From Myxococcota bacterium (GTDB lineage: Bacteria; Myxococcota_A; Polyangia; Nannocystales; Nannocystaceae): DNA of 64,000 bases. Where the stretch lies: contig JBCCWC010000002.1 of the NCBI GenBank assembly GCA_039194325.1, positions 96,001 through 160,000 of the forward strand, written 5' to 3'. Below the pieces are notes generated by a model, which made no database searches, had not been told where the DNA came from, and saw only the letters and a program-made list of their open reading frames with translations. The position numbers and the translations under genes were made by a program. Below are positions 10,516 through 19,989 of this stretch, in pieces. How positions within the stretch are numbered: position 1 is the first letter of the stretch; each line of letters starts with the position of its first letter.

Positions 10516-10860
10516 CTAGCGACGGGCCCTGGTTTTGCCCAGCAGTAGCTCGTGGATGTCTCCTTTAGTCTGAAAGCTGGCGAGCAGTAGATAGCTCGAC
10601 AAGAAGAGCATGCCTCCGATGGGGACCAATATGCCCAGCGCGATCCCGGCCGGCGAGAAGTGATGCCGCCAGGCGACCCACAGCCCACCCAGGAGCAGGA
10701 AGGTCGTGAAATCCAGGTTGAACTGGCCGGGCCAGCTCATCGACGCCAGGTCGCTGAAGAAGACCTCGAATAGACCAAAACCATGATTGATGCCGACCAC
10801 GACCGTGTAGCCGAGGACGCTGGCGAAGAACACGAACAGGATGACTCGAAACGCGGACAT
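10516..10860 (-). CDS. Small multi-pass membrane protein, function unknown
   Basis: AAAGGA RBS before ATG 10860; three to four hydrophobic segments; WPGQFNLDF motif. Confidence 0.8.
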   Translation of the reverse strand: MSAFRVILFVFFASVLGYTVVVGINHGFGLFEVFFSDLASMSWPGQFNLDFTTFLLLGGLWVAWRHHFSPAGIALGILVPIGGMLFLSSYLLLASFQTKGDIHELLLGKTRARR

Positions 10861-11134
10861 GGTTGTTTTCCTTTCAGGGCGATGACTTGGGCGGTTACCT
10901 GTCGAGCTTCGTTCGCCCACGGCTGGTCGGGCCATCGAAACTCGGTGGCCGAGCGTCCGTTGGAGCCGGGCGGTGAGCCCGAGCTTTGCCTCGCAACAGC
11001 TCGTGGGTGTTGTCGCTTGGCGACGAACTCATGAGCAGCGTGACGTTGGCGATGTCTGCGCGCCATGACCTGCGAGGTCATGAAGAGCGGAACAAGTGCG
11101 TAATGCGCATTTTCTGAGTCGTCGGGGTCTAGCC

Positions 11135-11351
11135 GTCGACTCCTCGAAGGGCCAAAGATTGGGGGCCCCAGGGGTGGTCGACCTCTCGGAGGGCCAAAGA
11201 TTGGGGAGCCAGGAGGTGGGTGACCTCTCGGAGGGCCAAAGATTGGGGAGCCAGGGAGGTGGGTGACCTCTCGGAGGGCCAAAGATTGGGGAGCCGGGCG
11301 GTGGGTGACCTCTCGGAGGGCCAAAGAGTGGGGAGCCAGGGGGTGGTCGAC
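11135..11351. repeat. Tandem array of five 42-bp units (one is 43 bp) plus a partial sixth
   Basis: Units start at 11135, 11177, 11219, 11262, 11304 and 11346; core GACCTCTCGGAGGGCCAAAGATTGGGGAGCC. Confidence 0.95.
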
Positions 11352-11644
11352 CCCCCCGTGGTCTAATTTCGCGCCCCCGCGGGCAGCTTGCCCCCGCTCC
11401 CCGCGCGTCCGCTCTGCGTTCCTTCGCCCAGCGCACCACGTTCGGCGAGCCAGCGGCGGGCTTGCTCAGCCGGATCGCGCATTTGCGCGCATGGTCATGA
11501 TCGCACCGGTTCTTTGTCGAAGACTCGTCAACGTCCTGTCGTGTCGCGGCAGACTCCCTCGATACTATTGTTCGACCAATGACCTATCCCGTGCTTCGAC
11601 CCCGCTCGTGTCCGATCACCTTCACCGGCGCGACATCCCGCGAC

Positions 11645-13309
11645 ATGCGTCGTGCTGCGGCTCGAATTGCCTCTTTGGCCCTGTTCTCGCTGCCGCTGGC
11701 CGCCTGTTGGGACGGCATTGGAGGAGCCGGGGAGTCCGGCTCGACGACGGGGACCCAGGCCGGGACCCAGGCCGGGACCCAGGCCGGGACCAGCATGAGC
11801 GCGTCGAGTCCGTCGACGACGCAAGGTGAGGTCGACAGCACCAGCCTGGATGACGGGCCCCCGCCCGACCTGCCCGACCCGCCAGAGCCCGTTAGCACGG
11901 TTGGCGAGCTGCTCGTCCCGTTCGACGTGAACCTACAAGATCAAGCGGGCCCGGGCTCATGGAACACCAATTATGGCAAGACCCCTGAGATCATCGCGGT
12001 GCCTCACGGCAGCGCGCTTTATGTCTGGGCCCAAAACTACGACACCGACGACGCCCAGCGCGCGGTGCTGCTGCGCCTCGAGCCCTCGCTCGATGACTAC
12101 GTCGTCACGGCCTATAACGAGCCGCCCTTTTTGGATCGCATCATGGGCCTCGCCCATGATGGAGGCGATCGGATCTACGTCGCCTCGGGCATCATCGAAG
12201 ATCTGCACCAGCCGCTCACCGTCGACTATCCGGCCCCCGGCGAATACCGCAGCAACATCGTGAACGTCGTCGACACCGACTGGGACGGTAACGTCGCGTG
12301 GACCGCCGATCTCGACCTCGCACGCCAGGCCTTCGATGAGCCGGAGCTGCTCATCAACCCGATGGTCGCGGCCAGCTCGCGGATGGCGTACGGCGCCGGC
12401 ACGATCGCGCTGGCGCACGGCATCAACACCGACCCAGACGGCAACGGGGTGCGGCATCAAAAGGCCATCACCACGCATGTCTCCGCGTCCGACGGGTCGG
12501 TGACCCGCTCGGCGAGCATATGGGTGAGCCACAGCTTCGATCAGCGGATGCTCTTCGACGGCCAGCGTTTCATCGAGATGCACCACGGAGACGCCTACCC
12601 GCGCCACGTGGCCTTTGCCGGGATCGAGGCCGGTGGGGGCGGCGGCACCGGCGAGTACCCCCTGTTCCACATCAAGGGCCCTGTCGGCGACAACGTCACC
12701 CGCACGCAGGTAGGCGACGTCGCCCTCGTCGAGGGCGACCCCGAGTACGGCTATCTGGCGGTCTTCATCAGCGAGCGCAGCGGCGGCACCACCAACATCA
12801 TTCCCCAGCAAGATCGCATCGCCGGTACGCGCGAGGTGGGCATGGTGCGCGTGCTCCGGGATTTCGAGATCGACGGTGGCAACGAGCTCGCCCACCTCGA
12901 TCCCAGCCTGCCCCACACGCTCGATGTCCAGAGCTCGGGGCAAGCCCGCACGAATCGGCTGCGCTGGCTGACCGACTACGATTCCGCTCCGGGTGGCCCG
13001 GCCAGTCTAGTGGCCGAGCGAGCCAAGCTGGTGGCGATCGGGGACGACCAGTACATCGTGATGTGGGAGCAGCACGAGCTCGACAAGAGCGGCTATGTCT
13101 TCGCCGGCAGCTGGGGCGTGACCATCGATGCGCACGGGGATGCGGTGGCCGGTCCCGCTCAGGTCTCGGACTCGCGCTTGCCTCGGGGCGACGACGCCTT
13201 TGCGCTCGAAGACGGGGCCGCGTTCCTGACCGGCGACAGCAAGGCCAGGGCGCTGCACCTGCACCTCATCGACGACCAACTCCAGGAGCGGATCGTCGTC
13301 ATCGAGTAG
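11645..13309 (+). CDS. Hypothetical lipoprotein, beta-rich
   Basis: MRRAAAR...LPLAAC lipobox; linker encoded by 12-bp repeats (TQAG x3); GC3-rich frame. Confidence 0.8.
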   Translation: MRRAAARIASLALFSLPLAACWDGIGGAGESGSTTGTQAGTQAGTQAGTSMSASSPSTTQGEVDSTSLDDGPPPDLPDPPEPVSTVGELLVPFDVNLQDQAGPGSWNTNYGKTPEIIAVPHGSALYVWAQNYDTDDAQRAVLLRLEPSLDDYVVTAYNEPPFLDRIMGLAHDGGDRIYVASGIIEDLHQPLTVDYPAPGEYRSNIVNVVDTDWDGNVAWTADLDLARQAFDEPELLINPMVAASSRMAYGAGTIALAHGINTDPDGNGVRHQKAITTHVSASDGSVTRSASIWVSHSFDQRMLFDGQRFIEMHHGDAYPRHVAFAGIEAGGGGGTGEYPLFHIKGPVGDNVTRTQVGDVALVEGDPEYGYLAVFISERSGGTTNIIPQQDRIAGTREVGMVRVLRDFEIDGGNELAHLDPSLPHTLDVQSSGQARTNRLRWLTDYDSAPGGPASLVAERAKLVAIGDDQYIVMWEQHELDKSGYVFAGSWGVTIDAHGDAVAGPAQVSDSRLPRGDDAFALEDGAAFLTGDSKARALHLHLIDDQLQERIVVIE

Positions 13310-13312
13310 CAG

Positions 13313-16222
13313 CTACATGCCCTCGCCCAGCGCGTCGCGCTCGGCGAGCCAGCGGCGGGCTTGCTCGGCCTCGTCGGTGCGTGCGTCTCCGAGCGTCGCG
13401 TTGCTCTGATATGCCCGGGTCACCAGCTCGATCGCGCGTGAGCGGTCGTCGCCCAGCAGCCACAGCACGTGGCCCAGCGCGTAGTGCACGTCGGCGATCT
13501 CCTCGGGAGGTGCTCGCCCTGGTGCTCGCAGCGCCAACGCCCGCTCGAGCAGCGGCTGGGCCTGCGCGGGCTGCTGCCGCTCCACGTGCACCTGGGCCAG
13601 CAGCATCAGGGGCAGCGACACGTTGGGATGCTCGGGTCCTAGCCGTTGTTCCAGGACGGGCAGTGTACGACGGACGAGCGGCTCTGCCTCGTCGAGCTTG
13701 CCTTCCTTGATGAGGATCCCGGCCAGGTTGCAAGTGACGATCGCGGCGTTGGGGTGCTCGGGCCCGAGCGTCTTGTCGAAGACCGCCGCGGCCTTGCGGT
13801 GGAATCGCTCGGCCTCGGCGAGGTTGCCGGTCATCTCGTAGTGGACCCCGAGGTTGTTGAGCACCAGCCCCGCCCGGCGGTGCTCGGGCCCGTAGGCCGC
13901 CGTGGTGTTGTCGAGTGCGGCGAGGAAGCTCGCCTCGGCTCCCTTGGTGTCGCCGGCCCGTGCCTGGGCCGACCCGAGGTTGATGAGCGCCGTACCCAGC
14001 TTCGGGTGCTCGTTGCCGACGGTCTTGCGCAGCAGCGCGACCGCCTCGAGGCCGGTGCGGATCGCATCGTCGGTGCGGCCGGCGCTCGAGTAGGCCGAAC
14101 AAAGAGCGGCGAGCGACGAGGCCACGCGGGGGTGGTTGTTCCCGTAGCGGGAGCGTTCGAGCTCGAGCGCGCGCCGTTGATGCTCGAGGGCCTCGTCGGT
14201 GCGCTCGAGGGTCGAGAGCGCTTGCCCGAGGTTGTAGTGGTAGTTGGCTATCCGGTAGTTGTCCGGGCCCAGGTCCTGCTCGCGCAGCCGTAGGGCCCGG
14301 TCGAAGTGCTCGTGGGCGGCCTCGTAGTTGCCCCGCTGGTAGTCGATCCGCCCGCGGGCGTTCTCGATCCGCCCCTCATACTCGGCGCCGGCGCCCATCT
14401 GTGCCAGGGCTCCCTGCGCGTGGTCGGTCCAGCGCTCGGCCTCGTCGAAGTTGGGCTCTTTGGCGTGGGTGATCTGCGCGATGGCCAGCCCCAGCGCCGC
14501 GAGGATCGCGACCCGCTCGTGGCCGCCAGCGACCGCGCTGGAGAACGCTTGGTGGCTCTCTTGCTCGGCCCGCTTGGGCTCTCCTGCGTCGGCCAGGGCG
14601 CGCGCCACCGCGAGGTGGAGCTCGGCCTGCAGTGCACGGGGAGCATCGCCCATGGTGGCCCGCGCCGCTTGGGCGGCGGCGACCGCCTCGTCGTAGTGTC
14701 CGGCCTCTTGCAGGATCTCCACCTCGCCCAGGGCTTCGGCCATGGCCAGGGCCTCGGGACCCTCCATGTCCGCGGGCTCGTCGGCCCATCGTGCGCACGA
14801 CTCGATCGAGCCCAGGCTGTCCACCACCCGGGGGGCTCGCTCTACCAGCGCGGCGTCGGCCTTGCGCAGCAGATCGCCGAGCTGACGCAGCTCGGCGTAG
14901 CGCCGGTGCAGGCAGACCATCTGCCGGTCGAGGGCGGCCCGTGCGTCGATCGACCCGCGATTGGCGTTGTCGGGGAGGTGCTTGGCGAAGAGCGCCGCCT
15001 CGGCCTCGCAGGCGTTTCGCTGGGCGTCGACCCACCGTGTGGCCTGGGCGTCGACTCGCGCTACAGTCAAGGCCCAGGTGTCGGCGGCATAGCGTAGGCC
15101 CGTGGCCTGGAACGCTCGCTCGGCTTCGGCTCGCCGGGTGTCGTCCCAGACTCCATCGAGGCGTTGCTCGATCCGGGTGCAGTAGTCGCCGCTCGGCTGG
15201 GCCTCGGACTGCATGGCCCACCACGCGCCGCCACCGACCATGGCGGTGGCCAGCGCCCACGAGGCCTGCCGACGCCGGGCATTGCGAGCGCGTCGCATGG
15301 TCCGCAGCAGGCTGCGCATGTCGGGGTGTCGCGCTTCGGGGTCGACTCGGAGCCCGCGGCGGAGCGCTCGGGTCAGCCCGCGGGGGATCCCGGTGGGCAG
15401 AGTCCCGCCCGGGCGCTGCCGCTCGATCGCCAGCGCGATCTGGGCCAGGGTGGCCCCCTCGAAGGGGCGCTGGCCGGTCAGCCCCTCGTAGAGGGCCACG
15501 CAAAAGGAGAACTGATCCGATCGAGGATCGACCATCTGCCCCTGGATCTGCTCGGGGGCCATATAGGCCGGGGTGCCCACCAGCGCGCCGGTGCGGGTGA
15601 GGGTGGCCTCGAGCGAAGGAGGGTCCAGACCAGACAGGCTTTGGGAGGCGGGCTCCAGCGAGTGCCGCGGGAGGTCGGCCTGGGCCCGGGCCAGCCCGAA
15701 GTCGGTCACCTTGACCTGCCCGTCCTCGCCGATCAGCACGTTGGCTGGCTTGAAGTCGCGGTGCACCAGCCCCGCGTCGTGGGCGGCCGCGACCCCTTCG
15801 CCCGCGAGCATGAACACCCGCACCACCTCGCGCCAGGGGTGAGGCCCTTGCCGGATCCAGTCGGCGAGCGTGGAGCCGGTGACCAGCTCCATCGCGATGA
15901 ACACTCGCCCCTGGTGGGTTCCCACGTCGTGGACCCGGATCACGTTGGGGTGGCTGAGCCGGGCGAGCGCCTGTGCCTCCCGCTGTAGCCGGGCCTGCGC
16001 CTCGGACGACGAGCCTCCGTGCAGAAGCTTGAGGGCGATCTTGCGATCGAGCTTGGGATCGAAGGCGCGGAGCACCACCCCCATGCCCCCGTGGCCGAGC
16101 AGGCCGAGCACCATGTAGCGGCCGATCGTGCTGCCCTCGACGGGCGGCGCGTCGCCAACCTGAGCCTCCGGGAGCGTGACCGCGTCGTCGCTGGCGACCG
16201 GGGGCACGAGCGGCGTGGACAC
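13313..16222 (-). CDS. Ser/Thr protein kinase with TM segment and TPR repeats
   Basis: LGHGGMGVV, IALKLL, HRDFKPAN, DFGLAR, GTPAYMAPE; HPxxA TPR repeats; start refined to GTG 16222. Confidence 0.93.
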   Translation of the reverse strand: MSTPLVPPVASDDAVTLPEAQVGDAPPVEGSTIGRYMVLGLLGHGGMGVVLRAFDPKLDRKIALKLLHGGSSSEAQARLQREAQALARLSHPNVIRVHDVGTHQGRVFIAMELVTGSTLADWIRQGPHPWREVVRVFMLAGEGVAAAHDAGLVHRDFKPANVLIGEDGQVKVTDFGLARAQADLPRHSLEPASQSLSGLDPPSLEATLTRTGALVGTPAYMAPEQIQGQMVDPRSDQFSFCVALYEGLTGQRPFEGATLAQIALAIERQRPGGTLPTGIPRGLTRALRRGLRVDPEARHPDMRSLLRTMRRARNARRRQASWALATAMVGGGAWWAMQSEAQPSGDYCTRIEQRLDGVWDDTRRAEAERAFQATGLRYAADTWALTVARVDAQATRWVDAQRNACEAEAALFAKHLPDNANRGSIDARAALDRQMVCLHRRYAELRQLGDLLRKADAALVERAPRVVDSLGSIESCARWADEPADMEGPEALAMAEALGEVEILQEAGHYDEAVAAAQAARATMGDAPRALQAELHLAVARALADAGEPKRAEQESHQAFSSAVAGGHERVAILAALGLAIAQITHAKEPNFDEAERWTDHAQGALAQMGAGAEYEGRIENARGRIDYQRGNYEAAHEHFDRALRLREQDLGPDNYRIANYHYNLGQALSTLERTDEALEHQRRALELERSRYGNNHPRVASSLAALCSAYSSAGRTDDAIRTGLEAVALLRKTVGNEHPKLGTALINLGSAQARAGDTKGAEASFLAALDNTTAAYGPEHRRAGLVLNNLGVHYEMTGNLAEAERFHRKAAAVFDKTLGPEHPNAAIVTCNLAGILIKEGKLDEAEPLVRRTLPVLEQRLGPEHPNVSLPLMLLAQVHVERQQPAQAQPLLERALALRAPGRAPPEEIADVHYALGHVLWLLGDDRSRAIELVTRAYQSNATLGDARTDEAEQARRWLAERDALGEGM

Positions 16223-16300
16223 GGCGGTATTGGAGCACGGGCCCGGCGGGGGTGCCAGGTGGGCGTGCCAGGCCCGCGAGCGCCGTGCTATGTGCCCCGC

Positions 16301-17101
16301 ATGGAGCTGACCGATCTCCGCTACGAGCAAGAAGACGCGCTGGCGATCGTGACTCTCGATCGCCCCGATGCCCGCAACGCCTACAGCGAAGCGATGGTGG
16401 ATAGCCTGATCGCAGCCTTCGATCGAGCCGAGGCCGACGACGCGGTGCGCTGCATCGTGCTCACCGGGGCGGGTCGCTCCTTCCACGCGGGCGGCGACCT
16501 CAAGCGGATGCGTGATGCTAGCGGCATGTTCGAAGGCGGTCCGGTCGCGCTGCGCCGCAAGTACATCGAGGGGATCCAGCGGGTGCCTCGGCGCCTGGCC
16601 GCGTGCGACAAGCCGGTGATCGCCGCGATCAACGGGGCGGCTATTGGGGCTGGTCTCGACCTGGCGTGCATGTGTGATCTACGGGTGGCTGCGTCCGGGG
16701 CCAAGCTCGGCTCTACCTTCGTCAAGGTGGGGCTGGTGCCCGGGGACGGCGGGGCCTACTTCTTGGCCCGCACGATCGGGTTTGCCCGGGCCCTCGAGAT
16801 GGTCCTGACCGGGCGCGTAGTGACGGCCGAGGAGGCGCTGGCGATGGGGCTGGTGCACGCGGTCGTCGAGCGCGATGCGCTATTGTCCGAGGCCAAGGCG
16901 CGCGCACGCCTCATCGCGGCCAACGCTCCGCTGGCCGTGCGGCTGACCAAGCGCGCCGCCTATCGCAGCTGGGATCTCGACATGGACACGGCGCTCGAGC
17001 TCGCCGCCAGCTTTCAGGGGATGGCGCAGAACACCGAGGACCACCGCGAGGCGGTCGACGCGATCCTCGGCAAGCGACCCCCTCGATTCCACGGGCGCTG
17101 A
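16301..17101 (+). CDS. Enoyl-CoA hydratase/isomerase (crotonase) family protein
   Basis: TLDRPDARNA, FHAGGDL, KPVIAAINGAAIGAG, CDLRVA, GLVPGDGG. Confidence 0.92.
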   Translation: MELTDLRYEQEDALAIVTLDRPDARNAYSEAMVDSLIAAFDRAEADDAVRCIVLTGAGRSFHAGGDLKRMRDASGMFEGGPVALRRKYIEGIQRVPRRLAACDKPVIAAINGAAIGAGLDLACMCDLRVAASGAKLGSTFVKVGLVPGDGGAYFLARTIGFARALEMVLTGRVVTAEEALAMGLVHAVVERDALLSEAKARARLIAANAPLAVRLTKRAAYRSWDLDMDTALELAASFQGMAQNTEDHREAVDAILGKRPPRFHGR

Positions 17102-17264
17102 TCGGCCATCGGCGCGAGGGTTCTGGGGCAAACTGCTCAATGTCGCTGCGCAGTTTGCCTGTCTTTGAACCGATGGCGAGGCACCTGCGGTGGGTCGGCC
17201 CCAAGATCCACGAAGGTTCTTCGATGCGTGTGATAAGGCACGACTGTTGCACACCCACGCGCAC

Positions 17265-18698
17265 ATGCGGATGGGACGACGCGGACTGGTGCTTGCTCTT
17301 TTGAGCAGCGCATGTGGAGGCCTCGATGGTGACGAACACTGCCCGGACCCCGGCGTGTGCCCCTCGTGGGATGGCGGGCCCGAGGCAGAGGAGCCGGTCG
17401 GGGACGGGGAGCCCGAGAGTGAGCAGCCGAGCAATGGCGACGACGGGCCCGGCGATGGCGATGGCGATGGATCGGTCGGTGGCGATGGATTGCCCTGTGA
17501 GGTGCGCGACGCTCTGGTCTCCAACTGTGGCATGTGCCACGGGTCCCCGCCCTCGTTTGGTGCACCCATGGCCCTGTCTGAGTACGACGACCTACGCGTG
17601 CCCGCGCCCAGCGACGCCACCCGCTCCACCTACGAGATCGTTGCCGAGCGCCTGACGGCCGACGTGGGCATGATGCCGCCCGATGGCGAGATCAGCCCGG
17701 AGGATCGAGCGATCCTCCTGGACTGGGTCGAGCGCGGAGCCCCCGAGGACCCCGATGCCTCTTGTGGCGAGGCCCCCGAGGGCGGTGACGATCCCGAGGT
17801 CGGTCCGGACTTGTTGCCCTGCGATGCGGCCTACGAGATGACGGCCCATGCCCCCGGAGACGATGCGCTCCCCTACCTCGTGCCCTCGCAAGGGGCCGAC
17901 GATCTCTACACCTGCTTTGCCTTCCGCTCCCCGTTCGCCGCGGGCATGCAGGCCACCGCGTGGGCGCCCATCATCGACGACGAGCGGGTCGTCCACCACT
18001 GGATCCTCTATCGGGCCTCAGAGGGCAACTACCAGGACGGCACGGCCTTCCCCTGCGACGTGTCGTTGCAGCTGTCGGCCGATTTCGTGGCGGGCTGGGC
18101 CCCGGGGGGCCCCAACACGATCCTCCCGCCCGATGTGGGCTTGGACGTCGGCTCACCCGATGATTTCTTCGTGCTCCAAGTGCACTACAACAACACGGTC
18201 GGTTATACCGACGCCTTCGATGCCAGCGGGGTCGCCTTTTGTGCCACGGATACGCCGCGCCCGAACCTGGCCGGCGTACTGACGATCGGGACCACCAGCA
18301 TCAATATCCCGCCCGGGGCGGTGGGGCACGAGGAGACGGGGACCTGCGGCTTCCTGTCCACGATCGGCTGGCCGGGGCCCCTGCACATCTTCGCCACCAG
18401 CCCGCACATGCACGGGTTTGGCCGGGGGTTCCGCACCGTGCTCGAGCGCCTCGGTGGAGGCACCGAGATGGTGACCGATCTGCCGGTGTTCGATTTCGAG
18501 AGCCAGGGCATGTACTTCAACGAGCCCGAGGTGGTGGTCAACCCGGGCGACACGCTGCGCAGCACCTGCGTGTTCGACAATCCCACCGAGCACCCCGTGG
18601 GGTTTGGGGAGGGCACTGCCGACGAAATGTGCTTCAATTTCGTTCTCGCCTATCCCATCGACCAGCTGAGCGGACGCAACTGTGGAATCATCTTCTGA
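17265..18698 (+). CDS. Copper type II (PHM/DBH-like) monooxygenase lipoprotein with N-terminal c-type heme motif
   Basis: LSSAC lipobox; CGMCH; VHHWILY, LQVHYNN, PHMH and DEMC copper-ligand motifs. Confidence 0.85.
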   Translation: MRMGRRGLVLALLSSACGGLDGDEHCPDPGVCPSWDGGPEAEEPVGDGEPESEQPSNGDDGPGDGDGDGSVGGDGLPCEVRDALVSNCGMCHGSPPSFGAPMALSEYDDLRVPAPSDATRSTYEIVAERLTADVGMMPPDGEISPEDRAILLDWVERGAPEDPDASCGEAPEGGDDPEVGPDLLPCDAAYEMTAHAPGDDALPYLVPSQGADDLYTCFAFRSPFAAGMQATAWAPIIDDERVVHHWILYRASEGNYQDGTAFPCDVSLQLSADFVAGWAPGGPNTILPPDVGLDVGSPDDFFVLQVHYNNTVGYTDAFDASGVAFCATDTPRPNLAGVLTIGTTSINIPPGAVGHEETGTCGFLSTIGWPGPLHIFATSPHMHGFGRGFRTVLERLGGGTEMVTDLPVFDFESQGMYFNEPEVVVNPGDTLRSTCVFDNPTEHPVGFGEGTADEMCFNFVLAYPIDQLSGRNCGIIF

Positions 18699-19989
18699 CC
18701 TCGAGCCTCCGAGCGGTCCCGGCCGCTCGTTTCGCTCCGTGCTCGCGCGGTGGCCGGGGGCCGGTCGGTGGGGGATCGCGGCGCTGGTCGGGCTGGTGCC
18801 GGCGCTCGCGTATGCCAGCAACACGGGCAAGCCCCGCGTCCCTCCGTCGTTCTTGGGGGTGCGCTGCATCGAGACGATCGATCGCAGCGTGGACCCGGTG
18901 TGGCGCTTCGACGTGGGGATCCCTTTCGAGGACACCGGGCTGACCGACGACGAGCCGCCCGACAGCCGGACCTTTCAGTTCGTGGGGCTGTGTCGAGCCC
19001 CCGGCCCGCTCGAAGTGCTGCCGCCGTGGCTCGATGCAGCCGACGCGATGGCGGCGGCTGCGGTCGATCCCACGATCGAGCTCCCGGAGCCGGGGCAGAC
19101 CCTGGCCGACAGCGCCGACTGGGCCGACTGTGTGCAGTGGATCACGCCCGCCTCCGAGCGGATCCCGATCACGTGCGCCGCGACGACGGCCGGAGCCTCG
19201 TGGGACACCACCGGGGTGCCCGCCGGGGCCCATGCGATCTGGGGCTACACCTACGAGCCGGCCCAGAACCTCTGGACGCCGCGCGACGGGGTCGTTCGGG
19301 TGATCGACGGCGACGATGCCTCGGCCGGTCCCGCGGTGTCGTTTTCGTGGCCGCTCACCGAGGTGACCGCGGGGCTGGACGAAGGGGTGCGGGTGGCCGG
19401 GTGTGTCGCGGGGATGGAGGGCACGATCGTCACCGTGTCGTGGGCCAGCGCCAGTGCGCTGGAGTCCGAGGGAGATCTCGCCTGGGAGATCTTTGCGGAG
19501 GATGAGTGGGCCGAGACCTTCGAGGTCGCGCTGATGCCTCCGCCCGAGGCCGAGTACGAGGCGATCTTCTTGCGCGCCGAGGCCGCCGACCCTCAGGGGC
19601 GTCGCTTCGTTGCCTATACCCGTGAGCCGGTGGTGTTCTTGTCGGGCTGCGAGTCACCGCAAGGCGGCGCCCGCAGCTTGCCCGACGATTGCGGGATAGG
19701 CTCGGGATCTCCGCTCGTTCCCCCGGGGTCTCGTGGCGCCGGGGGGTGCGAGGAGGGCTCGGGCTCGGTCGACGAGACGGGGGGCGGGCCCGAGGGACCG
19801 GGCGCGACCGCTTCGGGCTCGGGCTCGGGTGCCGGCGGTGAAACGGGCGAGCCCGCCGCGTCCGGTGGTGATGATCGAGGGTGCAGTTGTCGGACGAGCC
19901 CGGGTCGATGGCCGCTGCCTGGCGCTTTGGCGTTCGTCCTCGTCGTGGCGGGATGGAGGGGGCGAAGGGGCGACGCGACGCTCTTTTAG
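18682..19989 (+). CDS. MYXO-CTERM sorting-domain surface protein
   Basis: N-terminal signal peptide; C-terminal GCSC, hydrophobic stretch and WRGRR; start uncertain. Confidence 0.8.
   Translation: MESSSDLEPPSGPGRSFRSVLARWPGAGRWGIAALVGLVPALAYASNTGKPRVPPSFLGVRCIETIDRSVDPVWRFDVGIPFEDTGLTDDEPPDSRTFQFVGLCRAPGPLEVLPPWLDAADAMAAAAVDPTIELPEPGQTLADSADWADCVQWITPASERIPITCAATTAGASWDTTGVPAGAHAIWGYTYEPAQNLWTPRDGVVRVIDGDDASAGPAVSFSWPLTEVTAGLDEGVRVAGCVAGMEGTIVTVSWASASALESEGDLAWEIFAEDEWAETFEVALMPPPEAEYEAIFLRAEAADPQGRRFVAYTREPVVFLSGCESPQGGARSLPDDCGIGSGSPLVPPGSRGAGGCEEGSGSVDETGGGPEGPGATASGSGSGAGGETGEPAASGGDDRGCSCRTSPGRWPLPGALAFVLVVAGWRGRRGDATLF

Noticed and set aside
11135..11351. CRISPR array
   Set aside because: Units are contiguous near-identical copies with no unique spacers, and there are no cas genes in the window.
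10737..11439. Pro-rich repeat ORFs (PPRGHPPPGSPIFG) on the minus strand
   Set aside because: They are translations of the 42-bp array; the 43-bp unit shifts the frame.
16250..16272. TGGCAC elements between the kinase and crotonase genes as a sigma54 promoter
   Set aside because: No TGC at the required -12 position.
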